Assembly (NCBI RefSeq): GCF_006345805.1
Contig: NC_043006.1
Coordinates: 73,036,001-73,100,000 of the forward strand
Direction: 5' to 3'
Source of the DNA: Octopus sinensis
Lineage: Eukaryota
DNA length: 64,000 bases
The position numbers and the translations under genes were made by a program. Below the pieces are notes generated by a model, which saw only the letters and a list, made by a program, of their open reading frames with translations, was not told the DNA's origin and ran no database searches. Below are positions 1 to 11,636 of this stretch, in pieces. The first letter of the stretch is position 1; the number at the start of each line of letters is the position of its first letter.

Positions 1-954
1 CAACTGCAAGAAAAACAGAGGGGTGATTCTGGGAAGGATAGACTGGATATAGTGGTTAGTATAAAGCCCCGGATACAAAGAGTGTTAGGAAGAGGAGAGA
101 TGAGTGACATGAGGAGGTATTAGAATAGCAGTCATGAGGAGCAGGGGCCATTATAGTAACAGCAGAAAGAGCAGAGAGAGAGAGAGAGAGTAAACAGCAT
201 TTGGCCCTTCTCCAAATCCAGTCTAGAATGGATGTGTGTGTGTGTGTATGGCAACAGCACTAGTCAAGATGTGTGAAGGCATATGGCTTAGAGGTTAGGG
301 TATTTGGGTCATGGTCGTAAGGTTGTGAGTTCAATATTGTGGTAGTGTGCGGTGTCCTTGAGCAAGACACTTTATTTCATGTTGGTCCAATTCACTCAGC
401 TGGCAAAAATAAGTTGTGCCTGTGTAACTTAAAGGGCCAGCCTTGTCACATTCTGTGTCACACTGAAAGTTCCAGAGAACTACATTAAGGATACGATATA
501 CATGTCTGTGGAGTGCTCAGCCTTTTGCATGTTAATTTCACAAGCAGGCTGTTCCATTGATTGGATCAACTGGAACCCTCATCATTGTAACCAACAGAGT
601 ACCAGTATCCCAGGTGTAGGAGCAGAACTCCATTGTGGATCTCACCTGAGCTTGGTAAAAGGAAGGAGTCTGAAGCATTTTCTGGCCCTCAAGAGGAAGG
701 TCAGTCACTGAGATGCAGTCTTTGCTATGGTTGGAGGTAGAATCTTATCTTTCACTAGTTTCAGTTAGAAGACTGTGGCCATGCTGGAGCACTACTTTGA
801 AATATATTTTAGTTGAATGAATCGACACCAGAACTTTGTTTTTTTAAAATAAAAGCCTGGTACTTATTCTGTCAGTCTCTTTTGCTGAACAGCTAAGTTA
901 CAGATGTAAACACACCAACAAATACATGCACACATAGATATGCATACATACATA

Positions 955-1004
<50 letters not shown>

Positions 1005-1035
1005 ATATATATATACATACATACACACACACACA

Positions 1036-1240
1036 CAGGGTGTCCCAGAAGTCATGCACTATTCTGGTTTTCATTTAAAATAAAGCATTTTATTTTATTA
1101 TATTTTTTTCTTCATGTTTTATTGTAGAGGGTGCTCAATTTGAGCATTTGTTACGATTAATTTCAATAAAGTGTTTTTGAAATCAATAATGGTGTATTCT
1201 TTTAAAAGACCAGGATGGTAGTGACTTCTGGGACACCCTG
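1036..1240. mobile_element. Tc1/mariner-type MITE
   Basis: Perfect 19-bp TIR cagggtgtcccagaagtca / tgacttctgggacaccctg, followed by TA, inside a microsatellite. Confidence 0.8.
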
Positions 1241-1951
1241 TATATATGTATGTATATATATACATATATATATATACACACACACATGGGCTTCTTTCAG
1301 TTTCTGCTTACCAAATCCACTCACAAGCCTATCATTTTTAACTTGTTTTAGTCAATGGACTGTGCCCATGCTGGGGTACATTTTTGAAGTGATTTAGTTG
1401 AACACATTGATTCTCAGTTCTTGTGCTTCTTTTAAAATCTGGTGCTTATTCTACCAGACTCTTTTTGTTGAACTGCTAAGTGACAGGGACATAAACAAAA
1501 CAAAACTAATTGTTGAATGGTGGTGGTGGTGATGTTGGGTGGGTAAGAGGCAAACACATACAGATACATGCACAATGCATATATAATGGGCTTTCACGCA
1601 ATTTCCATCTACGAAATCCACTCACAGGGCATCGTTCACCCTGGGGTTACAGTAGAAGACACTTATTCAAGGTGCTGTGCAGTGGGACTGAACCTGAAGC
1701 TACGGGGTTGCCAAGTAAGCTTCTTAATTACACAGCCATACCTGTGCCTATGTTGAAGTACTTTTAACAATTTCAAAATGAATAAAAAGAAAAAAATGGA
1801 ACAGATATAGAATTGTGAAGGCTGGACAGAAATGCGGTGAGCATAATCCAGTGGATGTGCAATGATGGTTTGGTGTGCATGAATGATAGAGCAAAGGGGA
1901 GCTGAGAGGAAAACTGGGCATATCGGAGGAGTCAGCTGTAATATTCTAGAT

Positions 1952-2179
1952 CAGGAGTTCTCAACCATTTTTTTTTACCTTACTCTTTTACTTGTTTCAG
2001 TCATTTGACTGTGGCCATGCTGGAGCATGGCCTTTAGTCGAGCAAATCGACCCCAGGACTTATTCTTTGTAAGCCTAGTACTTATTCTATCAGTCTGTTT
2101 TGCCGAACCGCTAAGTTACGGGGACGTAAACACACCAGCATCGGTTGTCAAGCTATGTTGGGGGGACAAACACAGACAC

Positions 2180-2252
<73 letters not shown>

Positions 2253-2874
2253 ACGGGCTTCTTTCAGTTTCCGTCTACCAAATCCACTCACAAGGCTTTG
2301 GTCGGCCCGAGGCTATAGTAGAAGACACTTGCCCAAGGTGCCATGCAGTGGAACTGAACCCGGAACCATGTAGTTCATAAGCAAGCTACTTACCACACAA
2401 CCACTCCTACGCCTACTGTGGACCCCTTTGATTGCTATTTTATTCTGGTGAACCCCTATAGCCATTCAATGTTTAAAAACTAGTTTTATAGAAACTTCTT
2501 TCAAAATTTTGCTTTTCACTCATTAACTTGCAAAGGTTGAACTATGTAAAATTTTAGAGAAAGAAACCTAGCTGCTTCGTACAATACATACATACATCAT
2601 CATCATCATTTAACGTCCGTTTTCCGTGCTAGCACGGGTTGGACGGCTCGACCAGGGTCTGGGAAGCCAGGAGGCTGCACCAGGCTCCAGTCTGATCTGG
2701 CAGTGTTTCTACAGCCGGATGCCCTTCCTAACCCCAACCACTTCTAAAGCAAAATTTTTTCAGAGGCACTTGAAATACTCTCATGGACCCCCAGTTTACT
2801 AATTTGTTGCATGGGCCCCCAAAAGTCTTCTATGGACAATCAGAGGCCATATGGACCCTGGTTGAGAACCACTG
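1952..2874. mobile_element. hAT (Charlie-like) MITE with two nested retro-insertions
   Basis: TIRs caggagttctcaacc / ggttgagaaccactg and a perfect 8-bp TSD TTCTAGAT (1944-1951, 2875-2882). Internal sequence is homologous to 5044-5340. Confidence 0.85.
1981..2415 (-). mobile_element. Octopus-type bipartite tRNA-derived SINE (tRNA/CORE-like head, microsatellite, Nin-like 3' domain)
   Basis: Minus-strand A-box tggttgtgtggt and B-box ggttcagttcc, gcaccttgggcaagtgtcttc core, aagtaaaagag tail. Many copies in the window. Confidence 0.8.
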
Positions 2875-4076
2875 TTCTAGATAGAAGATGCTGCTGGCAC
2901 AGATGTGTAATGGACAAGAAAGAGGACAGCTCAATAAAGTATCAATCACCCTGACCCCCCACCCCAACCCAAACAAAAAAGGGCCAGTGGAAGAGGAAGA
3001 CAGAGGAACACACGGACAAAAAAAAACATACAAACAAAAAATTTTTTTAAACAAGTAAGGTTTTGTCTCAAGATTCTTGGTAACACAGACGATTATGATG
3101 GAGAACTGTGACAAATGGCAAAATGTTGTTTTGAAACACATGTGTCTAACCCATGCCAGTACAAGCCCTGTACCCCAACACCCTATAAAAATGACTACGA
3201 TTGCTAAATTTTGGAATTATCAACATTATTAATAATTAAAAAGACATATTTTTATCATTATTATCATAATCATTGTACTTGGGAGCAACAGAATATATCT
3301 TCATCATCTAGTTCTTTACTCTTCCTCTATTTGCTTATAAGTATCAACAGTTTTCCAATGCTCTCCCATAATGACAATTACTTCTCTCTGTTTTGGAGTA
3401 CTATTAATGCTTCATGTTACCAGTAGTGCTACAAAGCGACCTGACAAGGTTCAGTCCTTGTGGTGATATGTTTGTCTCAGTAACCTTAAGAGCTATGCCA
3501 ATGGAACACAAGCTTCTGGTAGAGCCTCCCATGTTGGAAAAGTCAAGGGAAAGAGAGCAGACTAACATGAACCACCTCTTCTGAGGTAAAAATGAGTTTG
3601 CATAGGACCAATACCCCTACCAAGAAAAAGTAGTGGAGTTACAGAAGCATTGATGGCAATTCAAAGCCAACAAGAACTGGGAGAAGAAAACCTTCCTTTA
3701 AAGAATCGTATAACTTGCTGCAGCAAAATCCAAAAGGAAGCTGCAAAGGAAAAGCAGCGATGCAACTGAGGAGAAGTAGAAAAGATATGTAGAAACACAG
3801 TGCCAGAACAGGCACTGTCACGATTAGCCAGTTAGCTTGTTAAAAAAAAATGTCTTCAATGGCCTATGGTCCATAGGAAGCAAAGAAAATAAATAAGTGC
3901 CATTAAGGTTAGAGCTGGAAGAACTAGACAGTGGTGTTGTAGCATAAAAAGAAAAAAAGAAGTTTATTTTCAATTGATTATTTCTGTTTCTGATTAATTG
4001 GTCATTGAGTAAGGAAACTCTGATACTAGATTAAACTTTCAGATGTAAAATATCTAGAGTAGATGTAAAGTATCTA

Positions 4077-4250
4077 GGCGCAGGAGTGGCTGTGTGGTAA
4101 GTAGCTTGCTTACGAACCACATGGTTCCGGGTTCAGTCTCACTGTGTGGCACCTTGGGCAAGTGTCTTCTACTGTAGCCTCGGGCCGACCAAAGCCTTGT
4201 GAGGGGATTTGGTAGGCAGAAACTGAGGGAAGCCTGTCGTATATATATAT
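4077..4250 (+). mobile_element. tRNA-derived SINE head followed by microsatellite and an RTE-type tail (to 4580)
   Basis: ggcgcaggagtggctgtgtggtaag..ggttccgggttcagtc..gcaccttgggcaagtgtcttc. Confidence 0.75.
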
Positions 4251-5043
4251 ATATATGTATGTATATATCGTATATATATATATATATATGTATGTGGCCA
4301 TAGCCAGTACTGCATTGACTGGCCTCCATGCCGGTGGCACGTAAAAAGCACCATCCGAGCGTGGCCATTCGCCAGCCTCGTCTGGCACCTGTGTCAGTGG
4401 CACATAAAATCACCCACTACACTCTCGGAGTGGTTGGCGTTAGGAAGGGCATCCAGCTGTAGAAACACTGCCAGATCTGACTGGCCTGGTGCAGCCTTCG
4501 GGCTTCCCAGACCCCGGTCGAACTGTCCAACCCGTGCTAGCGCGGAAAACGGACGTTAAACGATGATGATGATGATGATCCTCCACAAGTCATTGAATAG
4601 TAAATTCCTTGATGTAAATTTTAACTGCATCAATCAAGATAGAAAGCTTGTGATCAATAGGTAGGTATTTGAATATTGGGTGGGGAAAAGAAAAAAGAGA
4701 AAAAAAAAAAACTTGAACCCACATATCAGTTGTTTGGAAAAATGCTTTCATGTTAAAAGTTAGAGCAAAGATGTCTTTGAGATGAAAACTTTTAGTTTGA
4801 TCATAATGTTGCTCAGTCATTAGTGAAAGTAATTTCCTTTGAAAAATATTCTATGACTAAAGCAAGTTAATTGGAAAAAGAAAAGAAGAGAAAAAACAAA
4901 AGGTAAAAGAACATTCTGAGATCAAATTCAACTGGGGTTGACCTTTCCTTTCTACAGGGTTGCTAAGATATGCAACAGTAATACCGTGAAAGTCTTCTCA
5001 ACTATTACTCTCTCCTTTGTAAATATTGGCCTTTTCTCTAGTT

Positions 5044-5340
5044 CAGTGGTTCTCAACCGTGTTTTTTACTTATGAACCCCTTTCATTACAACTTTACTCT
5101 GGTAGACCTGCATAGCCATTTGATGTTTAAAAATTAGTTTTATAGATACTTCTTTCAAAATTCCTACTTTGCTTTTCACATAGTAACTGGTGTAGGTTGA
5201 AAGAAATCTTGCTGTTTCGTACAATAAATACATCTAAAGAAAAATTTTTTTCATAGCCCCTTAATAAATCACTGTGGGTTTACTATTTTGCTTGTATAGA
5301 CTACAAGGGGTGTTATATGGATCCCGGTTGAGAATCACTG
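5044..5340. mobile_element. hAT (Charlie-like) MITE, uninterrupted copy
   Basis: TIRs cagtggttctcaacc / ggttgagaatcactg. Degenerate TSD ctctagtt/gtctagtc. Confidence 0.8.
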
Positions 5341-6115
5341 GTCTAGTCGAAAACCAAAAACATTCTATGATTGATAACAATGTTTGCGAATATTTGTGTG
5401 ATGGTCATACTATTTTGAGAGTTACATAAATATAATGAGAAAAAGAAAATCGCCATCATTTTCCTTCATGCTTGCGCACAGGTCAGATGGAGTTTATTGA
5501 AGCAGATTTTCTGCAGTCAGATGCCCTTCTTGTTACCAACCCCAACTTGTTTCTAACTTGGGAAATATTTTCCAACGACTAGATACGTTTTCACAGAAGA
5601 TTGGAAACAAAGGACATCACTTTCATGATTGTGACATTTGGTTACAACTATCACAGAATGTTAAGGCAAGGAGACAATAACAGAAACATACACACACACA
5701 CACACATGTATATATATATATATGGCAGGCTTCTTTCAGTTTATGTCCATCAAATTCACTCATAATTATATTATGCATTGAGGAGAAGAAAATATTATCT
5801 CAATGACTAATACTATGTTAATGTGTTTGCTTTGCAAGACTCCTGATGTGAGATCATGTGTTGAAACAGATATTTTTATATTTAGGGATGGTCACACCCC
5901 TGGCCAACTAACCACATGCACCACACACACACTCCTCACCTCAGCTCTATTATTATTCTTATTTTAATGTCCTTTGCCTGAAATCTTTTGTTACATGTCC
6001 TGTGACCTCTTCAGCAACTTTCCATTCCATGTGTCTCCTCCTGGAGGATAACAATATAGCTGAAGTGAAGAACAGGTATATAGTGCGTGTGGTTAATTGA
6101 CAAAAAATATGACCA

Positions 6116-7237
6116 TCCAGTATATATAAATCACAGTATGTGTGTGTGTGTAATGTCTAACACATACATTTCCACAATTCTCAACCAATTTTCACCAAAC
6201 TTTACACACACATTACTTATGTCCCAAGGATGGTCATGCATTGAACATTTTGCCCAGAGTTCCCACGTAAATGGACATAGCTTTTTTGTATGTAGGGTCT
6301 TCCATACTTTTAAAATCTTTTTATAAAAGTAAAAGGATTCTGTCTATTTATTTCGACTGCCCACCTGCCACGGTGATTAAATTGACTAGGAACACTGTAC
6401 GCGATGACTATCCAATACCAAACAATCTTAATCTCCATATTTAAACTGCATTAAACTTTGGCAAGCTTACCTTTACCTATTCTGAGTTACTTGAAAGGTA
6501 ACGTTCCCTTCCCTCTCTTCTGTTTGTTGATACCTTTGTTTATCTACCAATGCGATGTTTCACTTTAAGGATGCTTATTTACCCAGCCATTATGATATTT
6601 CGACGGTTGTCCATCGTTTCAAATATGTTTTAGCATTGTCATTCAAGCCCTTTTTAAACAATCACATATGATTCGTCCCAAAGAATCAACCTTTAAAGAA
6701 GAGTTTTGCTTCCACTAGTGAAAGCTATACGTATCTTTCAGAAAGCTCCATACCAATTTAACTTTATGCAGCATTCGCTGTTAGTTTATGTGCTGGCTAT
6801 GTAGGAAGACAGAATAAAGGGGCTTTTGTTAGCTTATCTCTGAAAAAATAGCTTCCTCTGCTGTCAAAAAAAGAAAATTTGCAGTGGGGAAGTTTCAACG
6901 TCTTCCTTTAATTTCCTTACACCATTTATGTGACTGTTTCTGACAAGAAATTTCACTTTCATGTAAGGCAACTATATTTTGTAGTCATTATCTGTAATCT
7001 ACTCCCAAAACACTTCAGTAGCTCTACTTTGTATCGCTTGCAAACTTATATGTTCTAGGATCATTAAAGTGCAACAACCTCCACTATAACCAGCCTTCAA
7101 TTTGATTTTCTGTTCCTAGGTTAATCAGAAACATAGATTGCTGTGTTACTCATAAACCTTCTTGTTAGTTCAATTATTTGGTGAAAAAATACCACCAAAG
7201 CAACTTAAACTGTCCAAAGAACATGTGTGTTTGCTAG
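6116..7237 (+). mobile_element. Older Helitron-like element enclosing a degenerate Penelope-like RT fragment
   Basis: 5' A|TC..TATATATAAA..CAG and an internal acc.att....aaactt.acacacaca block resemble the 7339 Helitron. Ends in CTAG|T. Internal frame FTQPL*YFDGCPSFQICFSIVIQALFKQSHMIRPKESTFKEEF loosely resembles the PLE RT C-terminus. Confidence 0.35.
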
Positions 7238-7254
7238 TATATATATATATATAT

Positions 7255-7338
7255 AGTTAATCCAAACATGAAAACACAAAGAGAAAACAACAACGCAAGG
7301 ACGTGGAACAAGTATAGTGTTATTGGACGCTCAGGGAA
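7255..7338 (-). mobile_element. Truncated copy of the same Penelope-derived repeat, cut by a Helitron
   Basis: High similarity to 27132-27203, preceded by (TA)n. Confidence 0.55.
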
Positions 7339-7759
7339 TCTCTCTCTATATAAACGGCAGTTTGTCTGTCTGTGTGTCTGTCAGGTTGTACCCTCACCCT
7401 GACCACGGCTTTCAACCGATTCTGATGAAACTTGACACACACATAGCCCAATGTCATAATTCAAAACTAACGCAGCGAAAATTTTGAAAAGTTCCCTCAG
7501 TTCTGAAAAAAATCGATAAATTCGACATGGGGTCAAGAATCTAAGCTTTTCATATGCAACACATTTTCTGTTGTAGTTTTCGCAACTTTCAATCGGGAGA
7601 CAGCTAGGAACATCGTATACATAGAAGTATTCGAGTGAAGAGAAGACATTGCAACCTACACATGCGCCTTCGTTCCCTAGAGGGAAATAACTAGATTGGG
7701 ATTAGTCGTTGCCTACTAGGGGCTCTTACATACCCGGGCAACGCCAGGCTATGCTGCTA

Positions 7760-7760
<1 letters not shown>
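7339..7760 (+). mobile_element. Non-autonomous Helitron
   Basis: 5' TC, subterminal GC-rich hairpin cccgggcaacgccagg (7733-7748), 3' CTAG, inserted between A and T, no TSD. Confidence 0.7.
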
Positions 7761-7814
<54 letters not shown>

Positions 7815-9814
7815 TGAGATTCTTGACAAATAATAGCAACAATACTAGACATGTTTCAATCCCATTAGACATTTTCCACAAAGCATAGTCTTCCTTGTAT
7901 TTGCCAAATTAGTGATAACAGAACACTATTGATATACAATAATATGTATAATTAGGTGTCAAACATTATCATAATGACAAAGAGAAGTTACTTAAAGAAG
8001 CCATTTGCAAGAAAAAAAAAACCAGTCAAGTTTAGTACCTTCATATCTAATGTAGTGAGAATGAAAATTCAAATTAAAAATACTTGTGCTGAAGAAAAGA
8101 AAACACAAAGTATTGGCTTGACGATGAATATTCATTTTAACCTAACAATAAGTTACATTGTCGCAACTGTACTAATTGAACATATCATGGATTACAGCAG
8201 TCTAATTAACCTAAATATGCAATTTATTGATGTTTCATGCTTCATACTATGGAGGCCAACAAAGCTCTTTACACTGGAATTAATTAAAGCATGATTAAGA
8301 ATTTTTAATGAGACTGAAACAGGAACATACAAATGAGATCTTTCTGGGGACAGAAATGTGAATTATTTTTCCCTCCAACCTTCATAACTCACTGATTAGT
8401 AATTGAGTTATTAATTTGAGAATTTTTTTTTTGAGGAAATTATTATTATTGGGATATTTCTTCCAAGTCACTTACATTCTGAGCTCAAATTTTGTCAAGA
8501 TAAGCTTTGCCTTTCATATTTTAGGAGCTGACAAATAAAGTACTAAGTAATGAATTTGATAAAATTGTTGATCTCCTTCCGCCCCCGTCAAAATTGCTAC
8601 GTCAGCACAAAAAAAAAACAAAAAAAATGACAGATGTTGAACAAACAAACAAACAACAAACAAACAAACTGTTGTTACAACCAACAAAGATGCATTACTA
8701 GAGTTTGTTTTGGTGCTATGATATCTTATAAATACATCTGTAGAGTCAAGTCTGCAAATCTGAGAATCAATGTCTGAGACTGTTACTTATAATGTCCATT
8801 TCTGTAGCAAGCAGGACCTCAGTATATGTACAGGTGCAGGCATGGCCATGAGGTTAAGAAGTTCACTTCTCAACCATGGTGTTTTGGGTTCAATCCCTTT
8901 GCATAGCACCTTGGACAAGTGTATTTTACTGTAGCTTTGATTTGATGAAGGTCTTGTAAAATAATTTGATAGACAGAAACTGAAAGAAGTCAGTTTTGTT
9001 TTGTTTGTGTGTATGTGCCTACATGCACACATGCATGTGTGCATATGTGTATCAGTATGAATGTTTTCAATATACACCGAGGTATGCCTACAGGTAGGGA
9101 TGTCACCATTTGTGGCCAGGCTCCAAATGGTTGACATTTTTTGTCAACAAATCAGCCATTTGCTTTCTTCTTAAAAATACCACTGGAATAAAAAATAGTC
9201 AGTCCCTTACTTGAAAAGCTGATAACGGTTGGCAACAGTAAAAGTATCTGATTATAAAAATCCTGCCTCAAATATCTCCCCTTTGTAAGCCAAACAAGCA
9301 TTGAGAAACAGATATTAGATTAACAGATGAACATATTAAACTCTAATTAGAATAATTAATGTGACATTCATAAGTCACCTCTTGCAAATGACTATCATTC
9401 TGCTGAGCTTATATCTGTCTACAGGTATATATTTTAATAATGACTAATGATTTCTCAGCAATCACTTTAGGCTAGAACATTGTTCAGTTAAAGTTAACAG
9501 CAGTTACACAACAACAAACAACACCGCCTTGACTAACACCAGCAATAAACTAACAATGTGGGAAGGAACCTCTATATCACCACTAAACTGTTTAGAAATG
9601 GCAGTCAAATCTTCCTTGAGTTACCAGTACTGTCTTAGAAAAATACGCATTTGATAATACAGTGTTAAGTTTTCTGCATATAAGAATATGGCAGGATGGT
9701 TATGGTTGATATGCATTTGGCAATAGGTCTGTTCAATCAGGACTAATACAGCGCTAAACCTCTGCCGCCACCAAATAATGCAAGCTATTATCCACATGTT
9801 TCAGAATTATAGAT

Positions 9815-9833
9815 TTACAGTGTTTTCAGGTAC
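9815..9833 (-). CDS. Candidate short terminal coding exon (K)YLKTL*
   Basis: Acceptor ttttcattcacag|G fits the phase-2 donor of exon 4, followed by TAA at 9817-9815. No homology support. Confidence 0.2.
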
Positions 9834-10349
9834 CTGTGAATGAAAACTCTACTCCATTGCATTGTAATACAAAAGTATATGTACATGTCTTCTGCTATGG
9901 TTCCAGGCTGACCAATGCCTTGTGAGTGAATGTGGTAGATGGAAACTGTGTAGAAGCCTATCATGTGTGTGTGTGTCCCTCATCACTGCTTGATAGTTTA
10001 TGTCTCCATAACTGAGTGGTTTGCAAAAGAGAACAGATTGAGAAAAAAAAAAAAACGTACCAGGGTCAATATGTTTGATTCAACACCTCAAAGTGTTGCC
10101 CCAGCATGGCTGCAGTTTAATGACTGAAACATGTAAAAGATATACTGGGCTGCCACACAGTTTTCATCTACCAAATTCATTCACAGGGTATTTGTTGGCC
10201 TGGGGCTATAGTTGAAGACTCTTGTCCATGGTGCTGCACTGTGGGACAGAACCCAAAACTACGTGGTTGCAAAGTAAGCTTCTTAACCACACCACCATTA
10301 TTCTTAATACTACTACTACTATTATTATTATTATTATTATGATGATCAA

Positions 10350-10575
10350 GGTGGTGAGCTGGCAGAATTGTTAGCACGCCAGGTGAAATGCTCAGCAGTA
10401 TTTCATCTGCCGTTACGTTCTGAGTTCAAATTCTACCGAGGTCGACTTTGCCTTTCATCCTTTTGGGGTTGATAAAATTAGTACCAGTTATGCACTGAGG
10501 TTTATGTAATTGACTTAATCCCTTCCCCCAAATTTGAGGCCTTGTGCTTCCAATAGAAAGGATTATTATTATTAT
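10350..10575 (+). mobile_element. Nin-domain SINE with (ATT)n tail
   Basis: gagttcaaatt B-box-like and gcctttcatccttttggggttgataaaattagtaccag Nin-like core. Other copies at ~16470-16700, 22900-23118(-), 53900-54070(-), 54180-54410(-) and 55480-55680(-). Confidence 0.7.
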
Positions 10576-10644
10576 TATTATTATTTTTGCAGGAGAGAAG
10601 TATTGTCAGTTGAACAGAGCCAAATGTATTAATAATACTTATTT

Positions 10645-10751
<107 letters not shown>

Positions 10752-10813
10752 TGAAATAGCTTTGTAAAAAAGAGAAAAAAAGAAGTTAGTAAGGTTAGTA
10801 AGAATGGCCGTAC

Positions 10814-10936
10814 TTAGAATCAATGGCATTAACCAGGTGAAGACCAACAGCAAAGAACTGCTCCCCACTTGATGAATCATCACTAAAATCACTGGAGTCT
10901 TGGACACCAGACCAGCTGCTGTTCATTGTATCTGAC
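10814..10936 (-). CDS. GARRE1: GARRE1-like coding exon 4
   Basis: Acceptor ttctctgttctag|G (phase 2, matches exon 3). Encodes SDTMNSSWSGVQDSSDFSDDSSSGEQFFAVGLHLVNAIDS, similar to recalled human GWSGAQGDSASSSDETSS..SLFSMFSGPDLVAAV. Probable donor AA|GTACGG (GT 10813-10812). Confidence 0.75.
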
Positions 10937-11507
10937 CTAGAACAGAGAAATAACACAGCACCATAAAATCAAGTTTATCAAGCAATCAATAAAACCCACG
11001 TGGAAAAAGAAGAAAATAAAGGAGAAAAGAAGGAAAAGAAAAGTGGCTGATTCTTTAAAATTTTCTTTTTTTTTTTTTTTCAAAGCAGACTGTTATGGTG
11101 AATGAATATATAATGATTCACACAAGTCAGGGTAGAAATGAGAAGTGATTTTAAATTTAAAGTCAATAGAAGCTTTGTATTTTTTTTTATATTCAAAGTT
11201 ACATAGATTGAGAGAGAGAGAAAGAAGGAGAGAGGCAGAGAAAGAGAGAAAAGGATCAATGATGATCAAGCAGTCATTTGAACATGGTTAATATTAATAA
11301 TAAACTACTACTTTGTTAGCATCTGTAATTGTTTTAGGGGGTTAGGTATTAGAAATTTGCATATTGTTACAGGTTAATTCAAGTTAGAGAGGCAATTAAT
11401 TGGCTTCTAAGTTATTAATTACAAATAACACTAAAAAGAAAACTATCCACTTTTATAAACAAGTTTCAGCAAAGAATGCGGAGGTATATATTTTAGTCTT
11501 CTGTTAA

Positions 11508-11636
11508 CCTTTAGCATGCTGTAGACGCATCATGTTGCCATGCCAGTTTTCTCCCCTCTCAATGTGACGCAATGTGCCTGCAGCTATAGGAGAGAAAAAT
11601 CGTATGGCGACATCATATGCCTAAGCATGCTAAAGG
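11508..11636. mobile_element. Short palindromic MITE (piggyBac-like left end)
   Basis: TTAA|cctttagcatgct ... agcatgctaaagg, with further internal inverted complementarity. Confidence 0.55.

Noticed and set aside
2027-2380. 117-aa ORF with a hydrophobic N-terminus (and many similar YIYI/HTHT/CVCV/RERE ORFs)
   Set aside because: Reading frames through SINE consensus and microsatellites. The same peptides recur wherever the repeat occurs.
3421-3840. Purine-rich block considered as a further GARRE1 exon
   Set aside because: No phase-2 acceptor with an open frame and no TWP motif. Likely decayed retroelement.
8787-8801. Possible 15-nt microexon (cag|aaatggacattataa|gtaac, minus strand)
   Set aside because: Signals this short are expected by chance, and there is no homology support.
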